Assembly (NCBI GenBank): GCA_002104905.1
Contig: MCFE01000219.1
Coordinates: 1-64,000, forward strand
From: Basidiobolus meristosporus CBS 931.73
Taxonomy: Eukaryota > Fungi > Basidiobolomycota
Reading direction: 5' to 3'
DNA: 64,000 bases
In this document: positions 36,366 to 50,650 of the stretch, piece after piece
How positions within the stretch are numbered: the first letter of the stretch is position 1
How the letters are laid out: each line of letters opens with the position of its first letter
Made by a program: the position numbers and the translations under genes
The notes under the pieces: generated by a model
Told to the model about the DNA's origin: nothing
Databases searched by the model: none
Seen by the model: only the letters and a program-made list of their open reading frames with translations

Positions 36366-36870
36366 TAATCAATCCAAGATGCTGTGTGCAAAGTTTGGAG
36401 GCTTTTACACAAGCTTGAGAGCATTAATAACTTCCTGACCTTCACTAATTCTAAGAATAAGCTAATATCTTACAAACTAAATCTTAGATAAATAATTCAT
36501 ATCTTGGCAATAACCTAGGTAGAATTTGATGTTATGTGCATGGTTTAGGTGTAAACTAAATACCTAAAACACTTCCCAGCTAAATTCTTTCCAGGACCTA
36601 TACAGAGTGTTTTAGCTGTCTTCACTTGCCAATTTAGGGGAGTAAACTAGTATACTTTTATATCATGGCATACAGTCAAACACTCGAATCAATACACTTT
36701 TGTTACTACAGATATATGCTGTTTAACTTTGTGGTTGTATACCAAATTTTCAAATGGTTATTGTGCAAAGAATCGATCGCAGGCTAATGAAATATCACGT
36801 GTACTCGCTCGTTAACATATATATATATATCTTGACTAAGCCCGAAGAAACCTGCGGAGTATGCTTGAAA

Positions 36871-39800
36871 ATGACCTTGGGATTAGAGTACCATCGTCAA
36901 ATCTTTGCCGAATTATTGTCAGCTGATGGGCTGCTCATCCTAGCGCGAGGATTAGGTCTAAGAAGGATATTGTGCAACTTTTTGAAACTCCACGCAGATC
37001 CAAAGAACCTTGTTCTGTTAATTAATACTGAGACGGATGAAGAGCAACAAATAAGAGAAGAACTTAATTGTCTTGGTTGTAATAAACCAGGCTTAAAAGT
37101 GATCAATAACGAAACTAGTGTGAGCGAGAGGTTAGTATCGTCAACGGCGACCAACAATTCAATAATAGACTGAATGATCTCACCTTTACTGCCAACAAGA
37201 ACCGAAGTGTATCTTTCCGGGGGAATCTTATCTGTTACCTCAAGAATCCTGGTAGTGGATTTACTTACCAAGCGCATACCAACCCATTTAATTACTGGTA
37301 TATTAGTAAATCACGCTCACAAGTATGTGACCTGCAGTGACCTCCAGCTTAGTATTCTACTCACGCGTCTTTCTAGGATTACAGAGTTGTCATTAGAGGC
37401 CTTTATCCTGAGATTGTTTAGAGAAGAAAACAAGGTATAACAATGAAATCTATCTTATTCAGGCTCGTTTTCTTACGGGCAAAATTGATAAATGTAGGAG
37501 GGCTTTATCAAGGCATTCTCTGATTCACCTGAATCCTTCACAACGGGTTTCGCTCCACTGGAGAAAACACTGAAACTCCTTTTCTTACGCAAAGTGTACT
37601 TGTGGCCAAGGTTACTTCCCTATCTCGTGACTAGTCAAGCAGATAGGTAGGCTAAACATTTTGTAGGTTTCATGTAGCTATTAAAGAGAGCTTGGAAGAT
37701 TCTAAGGCAGAAGTAATTGAACTTCAGCAATCTCTAACAAAGAATATGGAAGACATACAGAATGCAATTATTGATTGTATCCAAGCATGTTTATCAGAAC
37801 TGAAGCGATCCAATCCCACGGTAAGGCTCGTCTTTACCACTAATATTGCTAATGGAAACTTACCTATTCTAGATCGATGTTGATAGCTTCACGGTGGAGA
37901 ACGCTCTTTTCAAATCATTTGATGTTATTGTGCGAAAGCAACTAGATCCAATTTGGCATCGTGTTAGCTATAAGACTAAACAGCTAGTGGGCGACTTAAA
38001 AACACTTCGACGTCTCATATCGTAAGGAACTTCTTCAAACAAACACTGAATCGGAATCACCACTAATAGCTTGCTATCTCAGATACCTTGTCAATTATGA
38101 TTGTGTCACTTTCAATAGTTTTTTGGAAACCATTTTAGCTAGCAACTCGCCCACCGCGAATATTGGGAAAAACATTACGCAATCACCTTGGCTTTTTACT
38201 GACGCTTCTGATACGCTTTTTACCGTAAGGGATTCTCTGTATCCTCCGTTTCTCATAGGCTAATCGGTTCAACATACTTAGACCGCAAAAAGTAGAGTAT
38301 ACAAAATACAAGAGGGTAGAAACGAACGAGCCAATAGAGCTTTACCTCCAAATATGGTTCCCGTATTGGAAGAATTGCCTAAATGGCAGCTTCTTAGAAG
38401 TATTTTGACGGAAATAGGAAGTGAGACCATCAAAGCCAATTTGCAATGTAAGTCGGATGTCAGGTATCCAAAGTGGTTGAAGTATCTTATTAACATTGAT
38501 GATGGACAGGCACAATATTGATTCTGGTTGAGAATGAACGTACATGTGCCCAGCTTAAGAGTTACCTTGATTCGTTAACTGATGAACCCTCCGATGAACC
38601 CTCGCCTATGTTGTTGAAGCTCTTGAAAAACTACTTTCATTGGAAAAGAGGAATTGCTAGAGTGAGTGGAGGAGTTCCCGAAAAACAATATCAGAGCAAA
38701 GGTAATTTTTTTTTGGGGGGGGGGTTCGCGTAGATTACATAATGATTATTGACTGAGGAATTCAAACAGCACCAGTTCCACAGAACGATGCATCACAACG
38801 AAGCGCCCCTTCTAATAAAAGAAGAAGAGTGCGTGGTGGAGCCAAACCCAACCCAGTCCCTCGTAGTGTAGTTGAGAAAGTTGAAAGAGAGCTATCAGAA
38901 CTTTCGGCCAGGTAGGTCAATTGAGTTCGAAACACAACTGCTTGGTACTCTAACTCTATTCTTTAGTGTTAACAATGATCAAATTGATCATATCAGTAAT
39001 GCTTTGACTCTAATGGAAGAAGACGAGGAGTTTGATATTGAGTCATTCTCGACTTATTTCGGTCTGGTCTCTAAGCCTCACATTATGATCAGACCCTACA
39101 AAGGAGAGGCAGATGCCAGAATGCTGGAAGACCTTCAACCGGAATACATCATCATGTATGATCCCAACCCTACATTTATCCGACAAACGGAAGTAAGCAT
39201 CGATAGCTCTAAACATCTGTAGAGCTTGGTGATTGAATGTTTTATATAGGTGTTTAAGGCGCTGCACCCCGATTCAATGCTTCGGGTCTACTTTTTTATA
39301 TATGACAACTCTGTTGAAGAACAACGGTATCTTAGTCTCATCAGAAAAGAAAAAGACGCATTTGAAAGGTTGATTCACGAAAAATCGGTATGTCCTCCAC
39401 GCCCACAATAATACGCACCTCACGTTAATACTTAATTCGGTTTAGATAATGGCCCTGCCTTCCGAGAGTACTATGACACAACCACAAAACGACACCCTAC
39501 TTGAGACGCTCAATAGCAGGATTGCTGGAGGTGCTGTACAAAGCGCTGCGTCACAGGTTACATTATTCACCGCCAATAAGATTCTGCAACTCGACACCAA
39601 CATTACTTTAATTTTAGGTAATAGTTGATCTCAGAGAATTCCGCAGTTCGTTACCATCGATATTGCATGCGCACAAGCTGAAAATTATCCCGTGTACGCT
39701 GGAAGTTGGCGATTATATTCTAAGCCCCACTATGTGTGTGGAGCGAAAAAGCATATCGGATTTGATAGGTTCTTTGAATTCCGGAAGATTGTAGGTGATT

Positions 39801-40512
39801 GTTTTTCATCAAGTGCTATGATAGACGATACTGATAAAATTCACGCACCAGGTACACTCAAGCTGAGGCAATGTCTGTCCATTATAAGGTGCCTATCCTA
39901 CTCATAGAATTCGATGAAAGCAAATCTTTTTCGCTTCAGGTATCTTTTTCTATTTGCGTGCTATTGAGGATCCACCTTACTTACGCGCCGCTAGTCTCTG
40001 GGCGAGATGAAGTCGGATATTGGCCTTAACGATTTATCTTCAAAATTGGTCTTATTGACCATACACTTCCCGAAACTTAGACTTATATGGTCATCTAGCC
40101 CTCATGCTACCGCTAAAATTTTTGAAGACCTCAAGGTACCTTTTATGCATTGATGTAAGGATCGATAAGTGTACTCAATTGTGATATTCAGAAAAACCAT
40201 GATGAGCCTGATATACACAAAGCAATGACAGTTGGAGTCGAAAGCGTTTCTGAGATCAACAGCTCATACAGTATAACTCCTCAGGTAGATTATATCATTA
40301 ACACTAACAACAAAATGCACACCTGCCAACATACCACTTCTTAGGACGTACTACGCAGTCTACCCGGGATCACCTCTAAAAATTACCGTTTTGTCATGAG
40401 CCAGGTTGAAAATATCCAGGAGCTTAGTGAAATGTCGCTTGAGCGGCTTCAGAAGCTGATCGGAGATGCACCAGGAAAAGAACTCCACGATTTTTTCAGG
40501 AAGACTTTGTAA
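36871..40512 (+). CDS. RAD1: DNA repair endonuclease XPF (Rad1/Rad16/MEI-9/ERCC4), multi-exon
   Basis: N-terminus [24 protein letters not shown] and SRILVVDLL. Nuclease core [13 protein letters not shown]...EVGDYIL...[19 protein letters not shown]-terminal HhH region. Canonical short introns (e.g. 37131-37199, 37323-37376). Stop TAA at 40510-40512. Confidence 0.95.
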
Positions 40513-41865
40513 ATTCTATTTATTAGGAAATGTAAAAATGTACCTTGCATCGGACGAGGAGATCACGAAGTCCAGACCATTTGATGTGCTCAAATTAATA
40601 TAGACATAAAAGTCCAGCTTTCGGTACGTGCACTATGATAGGGCAAACGGAAGCCTAATACGCTTCCGAGAACCTGGAATTAACATACAATAAACTCCCA
40701 AATTGTATCTCCTGCCTCATGAGGCTCATAATTGTGCGCTAGAGTATCCTGTAGATACCAATGAGCTGTACCCATATCTATGCGACAAATGACCCTATAA
40801 TAATTTGAATGTGCCGGGCAGTTTGCTCATTGTACAAGCACAAATCTTGAGCCCCTGGAAAAATCGCCCATCAGCCCAAAACATCCAACCAAGCACGTTC
40901 GTGCTGAGCGACGATGCGAAATCGCCAAGCCCTGACATTCAGATGATACTGCTTGTACGCGGGATTACCAACTTGCAGCTCTTCACAGCGTCACTGAAGA
41001 GCGTAAAGACACCCCGCGCAGAGTTTCGTAATATTAGCATATGCTTGTGGCAGTATCTTACGTTACAGGTTAGATTAATCGATGCAGAATTGCAAACACA
41101 CCAAACTATTGCTCGGCTTTCATTGGCCGTTTGGCATGGCCAACCGTCATACTCAGCTGGAGTTCAGGTTTCAAAGTTGGGTGTCCTAACCAAGATCCAA
41201 CGCTGGCAGCGAAGGCCTGATCCTTGATCCAAATCGATTATACAGTGCAGATTACTGTTCCCTGTGAAACCAATTTTGCCCAAACAAGCCTACCGAATTG
41301 AAGATATTTAGGGGCCAGTATTGCCATATTTATGGATGTACGGCAACGACATTGTCAAATTGGCTCGTTGACTCAGATATGCCACCACACAGTGTTCCAA
41401 AATGGTAGTCTGTACAAGCAATTGCTAGCGACTCGAGCAATTTGAGTTTTTTCGAAGTACTTGGTGTATCTAAGCCAGTATACTGTCTCGATGCCCCGTG
41501 AGATCAGGGCTTGGAATCCATACCTAGCGTCAGAGAAATTCCCACCATTTAGTATGTTCAGTTAAACAAAGCACGTATTCTCCAATGTTTTCCAGCTTAT
41601 AGGAATCTCGCATCTTACATAATCCCCATTCCTTACAGTTTGATGATGAATTCTTATTAAATCATTATCGTCAGTACTTCCAGCGTTCGTAAATTCTATC
41701 AACTGTATGAATGGCCATTCTCGGAGATAAGTTGGCCTTCCTGATTTGTACTTCACTGAGACGCCATTGGTTGTTATAGCATCAACCTCCCACATACCGA
41801 AATATTTAATATGAGGGCTTTAATTAACAAGGCTTCTTTACTCTTGCACACTTGAGTTCGCGAAT

Positions 41866-44800
41866 ATGTCAGATCCTGTCTCCCCAAATAAGGGATCCCA
41901 TATTTCTATCCCAATCAGCCCACCGAAGGATTTGAACACTCCCAGCTCATCTTATACTTCTGCTGTCTCGTATGGTGCAAGCTTCAAAAGAGGTGGTTTG
42001 CCGCGTCCATGTTTTTCTTCTTCAGGAGAGGGAACTGCTGGTAATGTGCCGTCCAAGACGTACTATGTTCTACACAATGGAAATTAATACCTTCATTATA
42101 GCGAGCCCCTCTAGGTCGTTTCCCGCTTCTGTAATCCGCTCCCAGTCTTTAGCATTGGGAAATATCGCTCTACAGGAGGAGGAGGAAGATTCTACAGAGG
42201 GTCAAATTCAGAGTAACCTCTCGTTATTACTCAACTCTACTAGTGAAGAGAATCACGACTCTCACAACAAACCCGATGAGGAGCATCGTCGGAGTGAAAG
42301 CTCTTCAATGGCGCCCTCCAGAAAGAGTTCCTTCGATTCCTTGCGAAAGCGCCTTAGTTTCTCCTCTGCACATGCCTCTGAAAATACCGCATTGTTGAAC
42401 AACTCTACTACTCAAGCCTATGTCGGTCGAAGTGAACGTTCTAAGGGTCATTTACGCATGGTAGGTGGTTTTGATACACATCTCTATCGAGCCATTGTAA
42501 GTTCAAACGAATTAACGCAAATCTTGTTTTTCAACAGCCAAATGAAAGCTTAAAGGACTTACTGTTAAAGCCAGTGTACTGCATCCCTGCAGTGGTTCTG
42601 GGTTTGATCCTCAATCTGTTAGACGGAATGTCATATGGTAGGCCTGGATCATCATAAAGTTCACATTGTGCAAGTGTCGCTAACCTCTTCATATCAGGAC
42701 TAATCAGTTTCCCGCTCTCTTCCCCAATTTTCGAGAAGTTTGGGCCTGATGGTTTATCCATGTTCCTCATAAGGTTTGGGGTTTTAATCTTTCTGCTACA
42801 TCAGGGATATCTAACCGATGTTTTTTAGTACTGCAATTTGCCAAGTGGTCATGTCTACGGCTAGTGGATTTAGAGGAGGGAATGGTAGCATGATGATCGA
42901 AGGTATTGCTGATGCTTATTGGACTGTTGATCGTACGATATTAATATGTTTGTTTTTCTAGTCATCCCATTCTTATATCTGATGTAGGCGACAAGTATCT
43001 AGGATCTAGTGTGAGATTATCCTAATATGTTTCTATAGGTGCGATATTATCATCAAAGATTTGGGCGAAGACAATCCAACCGCGGTTATTGCTACAGTTA
43101 TGGTAACCTATGCCATTAGCTCGATGGTGACTGGTATAGCGTTCTTGCTTCTTGGCATTTTCAAGGTGAGCATTGACGGTAGGATCGGCTTGTGTACTGC
43201 CTCTAACCAGTAAATGATAGCTTGGATCGCTTGTCGAGTTTTTCCCCAGACATATTCTTGTTGGGTGTATCGGTAAGAAAGTTAGCCAGTTACTTTCTCT
43301 ACTGCGTCGACTAATGCTTTTCTTATTCATACAGGTGGTGTGGGGTACTTCTTGATCCAAACTGCCATTGAAGTTTGTGGCCAAGTTCAATTACATGCAG
43401 ATTGGGACACAATTGTCTCATTGTTTGAATGGCACACACTCTTACTGTGGTCTTCCAGTCTGCTTTTAGCATTGCTTTTGAGAGCAATGGAGAGAAAGAT
43501 CGAGCATCCTATGTTTGTGCCATGCTTCTTTATGGTTGTCCCGATTCTGTTTTATGCTGTGGTCTTTTTCGGCGGATTTGATTTGGAAGAGCTTAGAAAA
43601 AGTGGATGGCTTTTCCCATTGCCTGATTCCAGCGTTCCATTCTATGACTTCTATACCCGTTTTGGTATATCCTTTATCGAATTACGCTCTTATTAGGCTC
43701 ACACTAACGCACGACTGACTGTAGATTTCTCTCAAACAAGCTGGTACTCGATTGTAAAAACAATCCCTGCGATGTTATCCCTCACCTTCTTCGGTATATT
43801 TGTGCCGCAGACACCACTTAACTTTCGTTATTATTAACAATGTGATCCTAGGTATTCTTCACGTACCCATTAACGTTCCTGCTTTGGCTGTCTCTACCAA
43901 CGAAGATAGCATCGACACAAACCGAGAGTTAATTTGTCATGGAGTTGCGAACTTTTTGTCAGGAGCTGCCGGATCCTTCCAAAGTATGCCATCCTGAAAT
44001 CATCTGCGAATCGATTCGTGTGTCCTAATCATACTTTCCTAGATTACTTGGTATACTCTAACAGTATTCTCTTCATCCGCTCTGGAGGTGATAGCCGACT
44101 TGCCGGTTACATGCTTGCAGGTGCCACCATGATCGTGTTCTTTATGGGACCTCAAATTGTTGGATACATCCCAGTGATGGTCGTTGGAAGCTTAATATAC
44201 CATCTCGGCTTTGAGTTGATGAAAGAGGCTGTTCTCGATACCCTAGGCATTGTGCATCCATTGGAGTATTTCACCATATGGGCGATTGTAGTTGGAATGG
44301 CTGCTTTGGGATTCGTTGAAGGTATCTTCCTCGGCATTTTATTGGGATGCATATTTTTCGTTGTCACGTATAGCACACGAAACCCAATTAGACATACATA
44401 CACTGGGGTTACCGCCAAGAGTACCATCCGTAGATTGTATCGCCAAAGAAAATTCCTTGACCAAGTTGGCGCACAGATTCAAGTATTGAAATTGCAAGGA
44501 TTCATGTTTTTCGGCACCATCAACTCGGTGGAGGCTAGCATAAGGGAGCTACTCTCGAAGCATCAATGGGAGATGAACCCTATCAGGTTTTTGATTCTTG
44601 ACTTTCACCTTGTGAACGGGATCGATTTCAGTGCCGCTGAAGCATTCGTGCGTGTCAGGAGATTGTTGAAGGCCAAGGACATTTATATGGTCATTAGCGG
44701 AGTGAGCTATCACTCGGATCTGGGCAAGGCTTTGCGTGGAGTTAGAATATGGGGTAATGACGAGGAGGACGACATTCAAAACTTTGACCATCTAAACGAA

Positions 44801-45463
44801 GCACTGGAATGGTGTGAAAACTTCTTACTGCAGACGTACTATAAGAACAAATCCCATTCTGTAGAGCCCAAGAAGAGAAATATCGACATTATTGAGACGC
44901 AACGCCAGGAGACATCTCCCGCTTTAGACAACTCCCTTGTTTCAGTTCGCCAGATGCATCTTTATGAGGCTGCTAACAACGCTCTGCAAGGAGAGAGCCA
45001 TGCCTACACCAATTTCCCTCAGCCTCTGGCTCTGCTTTTACAGGCATTCCAAGAGATCTCCGGCTCTAATGAAGAGTTTCTCTTCCGTCTTAGCTCACAC
45101 TTTGTACAGTGGGAGGTAGGCCAAGGCACTGTAGTTTGGGCACAGGGAGATGAGCCAGAGGCATTGTTTCTTGTGGAACAAGGTCTTTTACGAATGAATG
45201 TTGAAAAGGCCAACGCTACAAAGGTCGTCGAGTCGGTTTTGCCTGGTACCATGGTTGGCGAGCTTGGATTCTTCTCCCTAAGACCCAGAGGTAGCACCTT
45301 AGTCGCCGAACGGGATTCAGTTTTATGGAAGCTCTCCAAAGCAGAGTTCGAAAAATTATGCGAGGAAGACCCCGCGTTAACGGTGAAGTTTATGAGGCTT
45401 GCTTTGGCTTACTCTGCTGAGGGACTGAAGACTATGACCACTCACGCCTTCCATTTGATATGA
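41866..45463 (+). CDS. VSB1: SulP/SLC26-family transporter with STAS and cyclic-nucleotide-binding domains (Vsb1/YGR125W-like), multi-exon
   Basis: [27 protein letters not shown] region [13 protein letters not shown]...[18 protein letters not shown]-terminal cNMP fold [11 protein letters not shown]...R. The orthologue name is inferred from domain architecture. Confidence 0.88.
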
Positions 45464-46214
45464 TGATTGGAATTTTGTTACCAATATACACCCCTCAAAT
45501 TTTCCTATTGCATGACACTAAGTTAGATTATAAATAAACATAATTTCAAATTAAAGTGAGGGTTGACGCTCCCCGCGTAGGGCATATTGTAAATCAAGAT
45601 GAGGGCGTGTGGCCTGAGATGATGACCTCTACACTTCTGGCTTTCTTGAGTTAGCACTGGTGGTGATACAGTGGCAACTCAATAATCGCCCAATGATCAG
45701 TGTCAAATCAATGGTACGGGCACTGCACTCAATTTGGGTTAGCAGATCTAGCGGCTGATGGATGATAGATGATGGACATCAGTAGCATAACCCGGCTTGG
45801 TACGAATCATCTCGAGCCAGCAATGTGCTGCTGCTTTATTTTGAAAGACGAACAATCACATCAATGCTGCTTGACACATGTCCCTTGTCCATATATTTCC
45901 CTTCGTGGCACATATTGTGGATGCCACAGCGTCTGACGTCATCTCGATTTTCAACCGACAGGGTGTTTCATCTGGGCAATTGTCCATTGTCTAACCTACA
46001 TACCTCATTATTGGATCCAAGATCAGGCAATGCGAGGGTAAATCCCAATGATTTTGGAGTATACGAGATAAAATTTTGGCAAGTCAAGGCCTTCTAATCA
46101 CTTGAGTAGAATAGCGGTTCTTATGAACTTGGGCGAATAAGCTTTTTCTAATAACAGTTCACCAGAGTGTCCATTCTGCCTTTGAATCTCCGTCAATTGA
46201 AATATGCCTTTTAG

Positions 46215-49200
46215 ATGGAAGAACATAATATCCCAAGAGAAAGACCACTTTTATTGGATGAGGCTGAGAGTGCCTCAGCCGGACGCGATAAGAAGTAAGC
46301 TTTGATTTGTCAACACCTTCCCCTAGGCAGATGGACTGACGTACCCTGTTATTCATACGCGAATAGGAACCAGTCTTCTAGTTCCGGACGAAAGCGCGGC
46401 GAGAAGAGTGCGAGAGTAAATAAGAATAAGAAATCCCAGGTCAGATCGGCAACTCCGCCAACAAATGATACCTCGAAAGAGAGATCCCAACCACAAAAAA
46501 TGACAGGCAACGAAGCCTTCCCCACCAAGCAGAAGACAGCTGGCATAGTCGAGATTGGCCATGCTTCTCTGGAGGATTTAAGAAAACCCCCTCAAAAAAC
46601 CCTCAAAAAAAAACCTTCGCGTTCCAACACGAAGCAAAAGAAGAATCCGAGAGAGCTGGACTTTGAGGACAAAGAGGTGTTCTCCAGAGGCGAGAAGAAA
46701 GGAAACGTTGCGCGACTTTGGGCTCCTGACTCCCAGCCTATACCACATTCCAATAAGTAGGTTTTGTCGTGTCGACTGGATACGCCAGCCGTTCGTGTTA
46801 ATCAATTTCTGTGTTCATAGAAAAGCGGACGAACCTCCTCAGCAAACAACGCAGCCTGTGGCTCAGGCGAAGCCAAGGGAGACGAACCGCCAGGCTCCAG
46901 AACGCAAGGAGGAATCCCCAAGCCCCCTTCAGAAATACTATGGGGAGTTAAAGAAATTGGAACAGCAAGTCGAGCGTTACGCTGAAAAGGTTCAATACCC
47001 TGATGAGTGGAAAAAAGTCCAGGCATTTCACAACAGGTACCACCTACCACGCAAATGCAACCATTCGAAGCTTCTGACACGACTCCCTTTAGGCTGGTTT
47101 CGTATTATCAGAAAGTGATCGCGCTGGATTTTGAGTTTTCTTTGAAGCACGACATAGAGCAAAAAATGTGGAAATTAGGGTTCTACTGCATCATCGAGAA
47201 GTTCCGAAAGTTACTCCAGGTTTGTTGCTTGATGTTGGAGTTGCCGCGTGTTAGTAAAGACTTATACACAATCATAGTCGGATCAAGATCTGGAATGGAA
47301 TAAACGCCACCTGGTAGATGTGTTCCAGACATTTCTAAACCATAGTGGTCGTAACTACGCGAACTATCTCAATAGGATTCAGAGAAATCTGAGGCGCTAC
47401 TACGAATCTGCCGAAGGTAACGGACATGTCATTCATTGGGAGAGTACGCACGATAGCTTAACGATACTACAGAGCATGGCCAGAAAAGGATCAACCAGTA
47501 TAAGCAAAGCTACCACAGAAGTATTACATTTCTTGGGGATATTGGTAATGTTTCACTTTGGACAGCTCCCGCCAATTGTTGCTGACCATCCTGCAGCTCG
47601 CTACAAGGCAATGTATTCCGGCACGAGGTCCAAAAACTGGACTTTAGCAAGAGCCATCTACACCAAAGCTACAGCGCTCTCGCCCAACAACGGTAAGTTA
47701 GAGACCGAACTGAAGCTGACCCAGCAAAAGCCCCTAAACCCACTACCAGGTAAATCGTATAACCAAATGGCGATCATATCGACATACGAGAAAAATACGT
47801 TCGACACGATCTATTTCTACTACCGAAGGTAATGAAGTTGCATGACGTTCAGTGGACTTGAGGCTGATGCATTATGCCATTGAAGCCTATCAGTGCCCCA
47901 TCCTTTTATAGGTGCCCGGGAAAGCCTGGCCATTATCTTTGAGCAAAACAGACAGCGCCTATTTGAGCAGGTAGGATCCAAGCAACAGATCGAGAAGCTT
48001 TCGGCCACCGTACGGAAGAAAGCCGATAAAGAGCTTTTCAAATCGAACGGAGAAGGCCTCCAGCTACTCTTCGATATTTTCATCCGAATCCAAGGAATCC
48101 TATTCACCAAAATCAGGTACACATCCATAGCATGCCCTGCACCATATTTCACTTAGCCAACTTCTATAATTATCAGTATGGAGACCCTCCCGGAGCTGAG
48201 GAGCCTCTTCTTGTACCTTTTCAAGCACACGCTGAACCACAAATTCGGATTTACCAGCATCATGAATAATGAGATAGTGCTCAAAATGGAACTGATGAAT
48301 TTCTTCATTCTTTATGGTGTACCTGTTACCGGTTGTTATTCAGTAGAGATCGTAGAGGCCTAGTGGATGTATATTAACGTTTGTACACGTGTAGAACCGC
48401 CTGATTTCTCATCCAAGGACACAATGGCATTTGTCACCACATTTGGATTTTTACTCGATTTCTCCCTATTGATAATGGAGTCGTGCGGCGAGGAGTTGAG
48501 GAACTTGGATCAGCTAGTTTCACTGGTTGAAGACTTGGCCTCAAACGAGCGCCTGATGTATTTCCTTCAGTATATGGCTCTACTATACAAATGGCTGGTG
48601 TCTAATGTGGAGTCATGGAGTTGGATCATTGATATCTACGATAACGACCTGATCGCTTCAACGCACCAAGAATTCCCGCAGGTTTGGATCCCCTCACATT
48701 GTGCTTGGACTCAACAGTGCAGTCTCAATTGTACCCTTTCTTTTTCCATTCCTAGGTATTTCGACGGTTCTGGGACCGGCTAGCTCATGTGGCGAACGCC
48801 TTGAAGAAGTTGAGTTCTCTGTTTGATGACAATCTTCTGAACGAATACGATAATCTAGAAACTCAGCTCCTCCCCGAGTCTGAGTTTATCAATGGCTTCG
48901 CACCGCTTTGCGAAAGCCCCCCAAGTAATAACCATTTGTATCTCGAGTCACTGAGCGATCTATTCGCTCCGTTCGAGTCCGCTGACAGCGAATCTTCAGA
49001 AGCCAGCGATTCCGACGCAAGCGAGCCGTCCTACGAGAAAGTAGATAGCTCTGAGCGAAATTCAGGTTTGCGTTATTGCAGGTGCTTGGTCACCATGATT
49101 TGTAGCACTCACCCCTGCTGACTGTAGAACGGCTGCAAATCAGAGTGTTGTCAATATTGCGAAGTTTGGATTATCTGGCTGTGATAACTGTATGTGACAT

Positions 49201-50373
49201 GTACCTTACTCGCGATCCACACCTATCCTAACCACTTTACCATACAGACACCTCAAGTGTTTCGATACGACTCCTTCGCGAGCAAGTTTGAATCCAGCCT
49301 TATTGATCCACTTGACTCCTTGCAAACTCGGCCAAGGCCTACCAAAACCGTACATAGGGTTATTAGCTTGGATATCACCAAGCCGAAGGTGAGGGCCATT
49401 CCGATTTCAGCATTTCCAGATTTAGACTGACTTGTATCACACCTTCTCCAGCCTGTGGAAAAGAATGGGTCCGATCATTTTAGCGAGGAAGAGGAGGCGG
49501 AGGAGGAAGAAGAGGAAAAGATTGACGAGCTTGAGGCGCTGAATGAAATGGTGGAGGAGATCCGAAAAGAAATCCATTCCAAGATTTCTCTCGAATCAGA
49601 TGACTCCAGTAACGACACGATTGACCATCTCAAGGTACAACTCTCAGCGTAATTTGATCACGAACAGGTGTTAATCTAGCATCCCCCACAGGCTCGCAAA
49701 GATGAGCTATTACGGTTAACTGAACTCCACAGCCGTATGCAGCTGGAGGATTCCCGTAAATCAGCCCATCGTATCCGATTGAAAGCAAACTACACCATCG
49801 TCATCTTCGATACGAACAATTTCGTCTCCGAACTACGGTTGATCCAGCGTCTTCATCGGACCCAGAAATTCGTGATCTCAGTGCCGTTAGTGGGTAAGTG
49901 CTGCCTACGCGTGGATGGGATTTCCTTTGCCTAACCGATTTTTAGTTTTCACGGAGCTTGAAGGCCTGAAGAAGAACACCAAATCCACTCTCGGCCCGAA
50001 AGCTCAGCGTGCTCTGGAGTGGCTAGAGAGCGAGTTCCTTCAACAGCGAGCTCAATCGAAGAGCTACCTTCGAGCGCAGACAAGCAAAGGCAACTTCCTC
50101 CGGGACATTACATTACGAAACGAGGTCTGGTACGAGCAAGGAGAGAGCATGAATATTTCGGCCAGGAACGCAATCAACGACGACATCATCCTGCAGTGCT
50201 GCTTGTATTTTATCCAGAATGATCAAGAGCCAGGTCATCACAACCCCGTCGTTCTGGTGACAAACGATGTGAACATGCGTCTGAAAGGTTATGCCAAGTA
50301 TGTTCCAGTCGCCACCGTTGTCGAGTTTCGAAAGAGGTTGCGGATGGATTGCGGTATCAACATAAGCCGGTAG
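46215..50373 (+). CDS. SMG6: SMG6/EST1A-like protein (EST1 TPR-like domain plus PIN nuclease), multi-exon
   Basis: IEQKMWKLGFYCIIEKFR and SPNNG-KSYNQMAII...YFYYR-SLSVPHPFIGARESL. PIN motifs IFDTN, VFTELEGLK, NDDIILQCC and LVTNDVNMRLK. The start codon is inferred. Confidence 0.88.
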
Positions 50374-50650
50374 ACCCTCGGATGCCATTGGTCCAATTGC
50401 TTTTATAATAAACAAACGCCACATCAGACAGCCCTCCACATAACAATACTGTGGTTCTATGAATATCCCTTGAATCATATAGATATGCATCGATGCAGCC
50501 TGAAGATTGGCGGCGTGGCAAGTGGGAGGAGTCCAGTTTCAACCGATTTTATTTTCAGCTCAATGCTGACGAGATAATCCCGCCATATCACATATAATAT
50601 CAACATATATACACTGACCAATTCCTACATCGCCTCTTCTCAACACTAGA

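Noticed and set aside
45560-46170. Possible small spliced minus-strand gene divergent from SMG6
   Set aside because: One good donor (GTATGT) is present, but every assembled frame stops within ~60 codons and no motif is recognisable.
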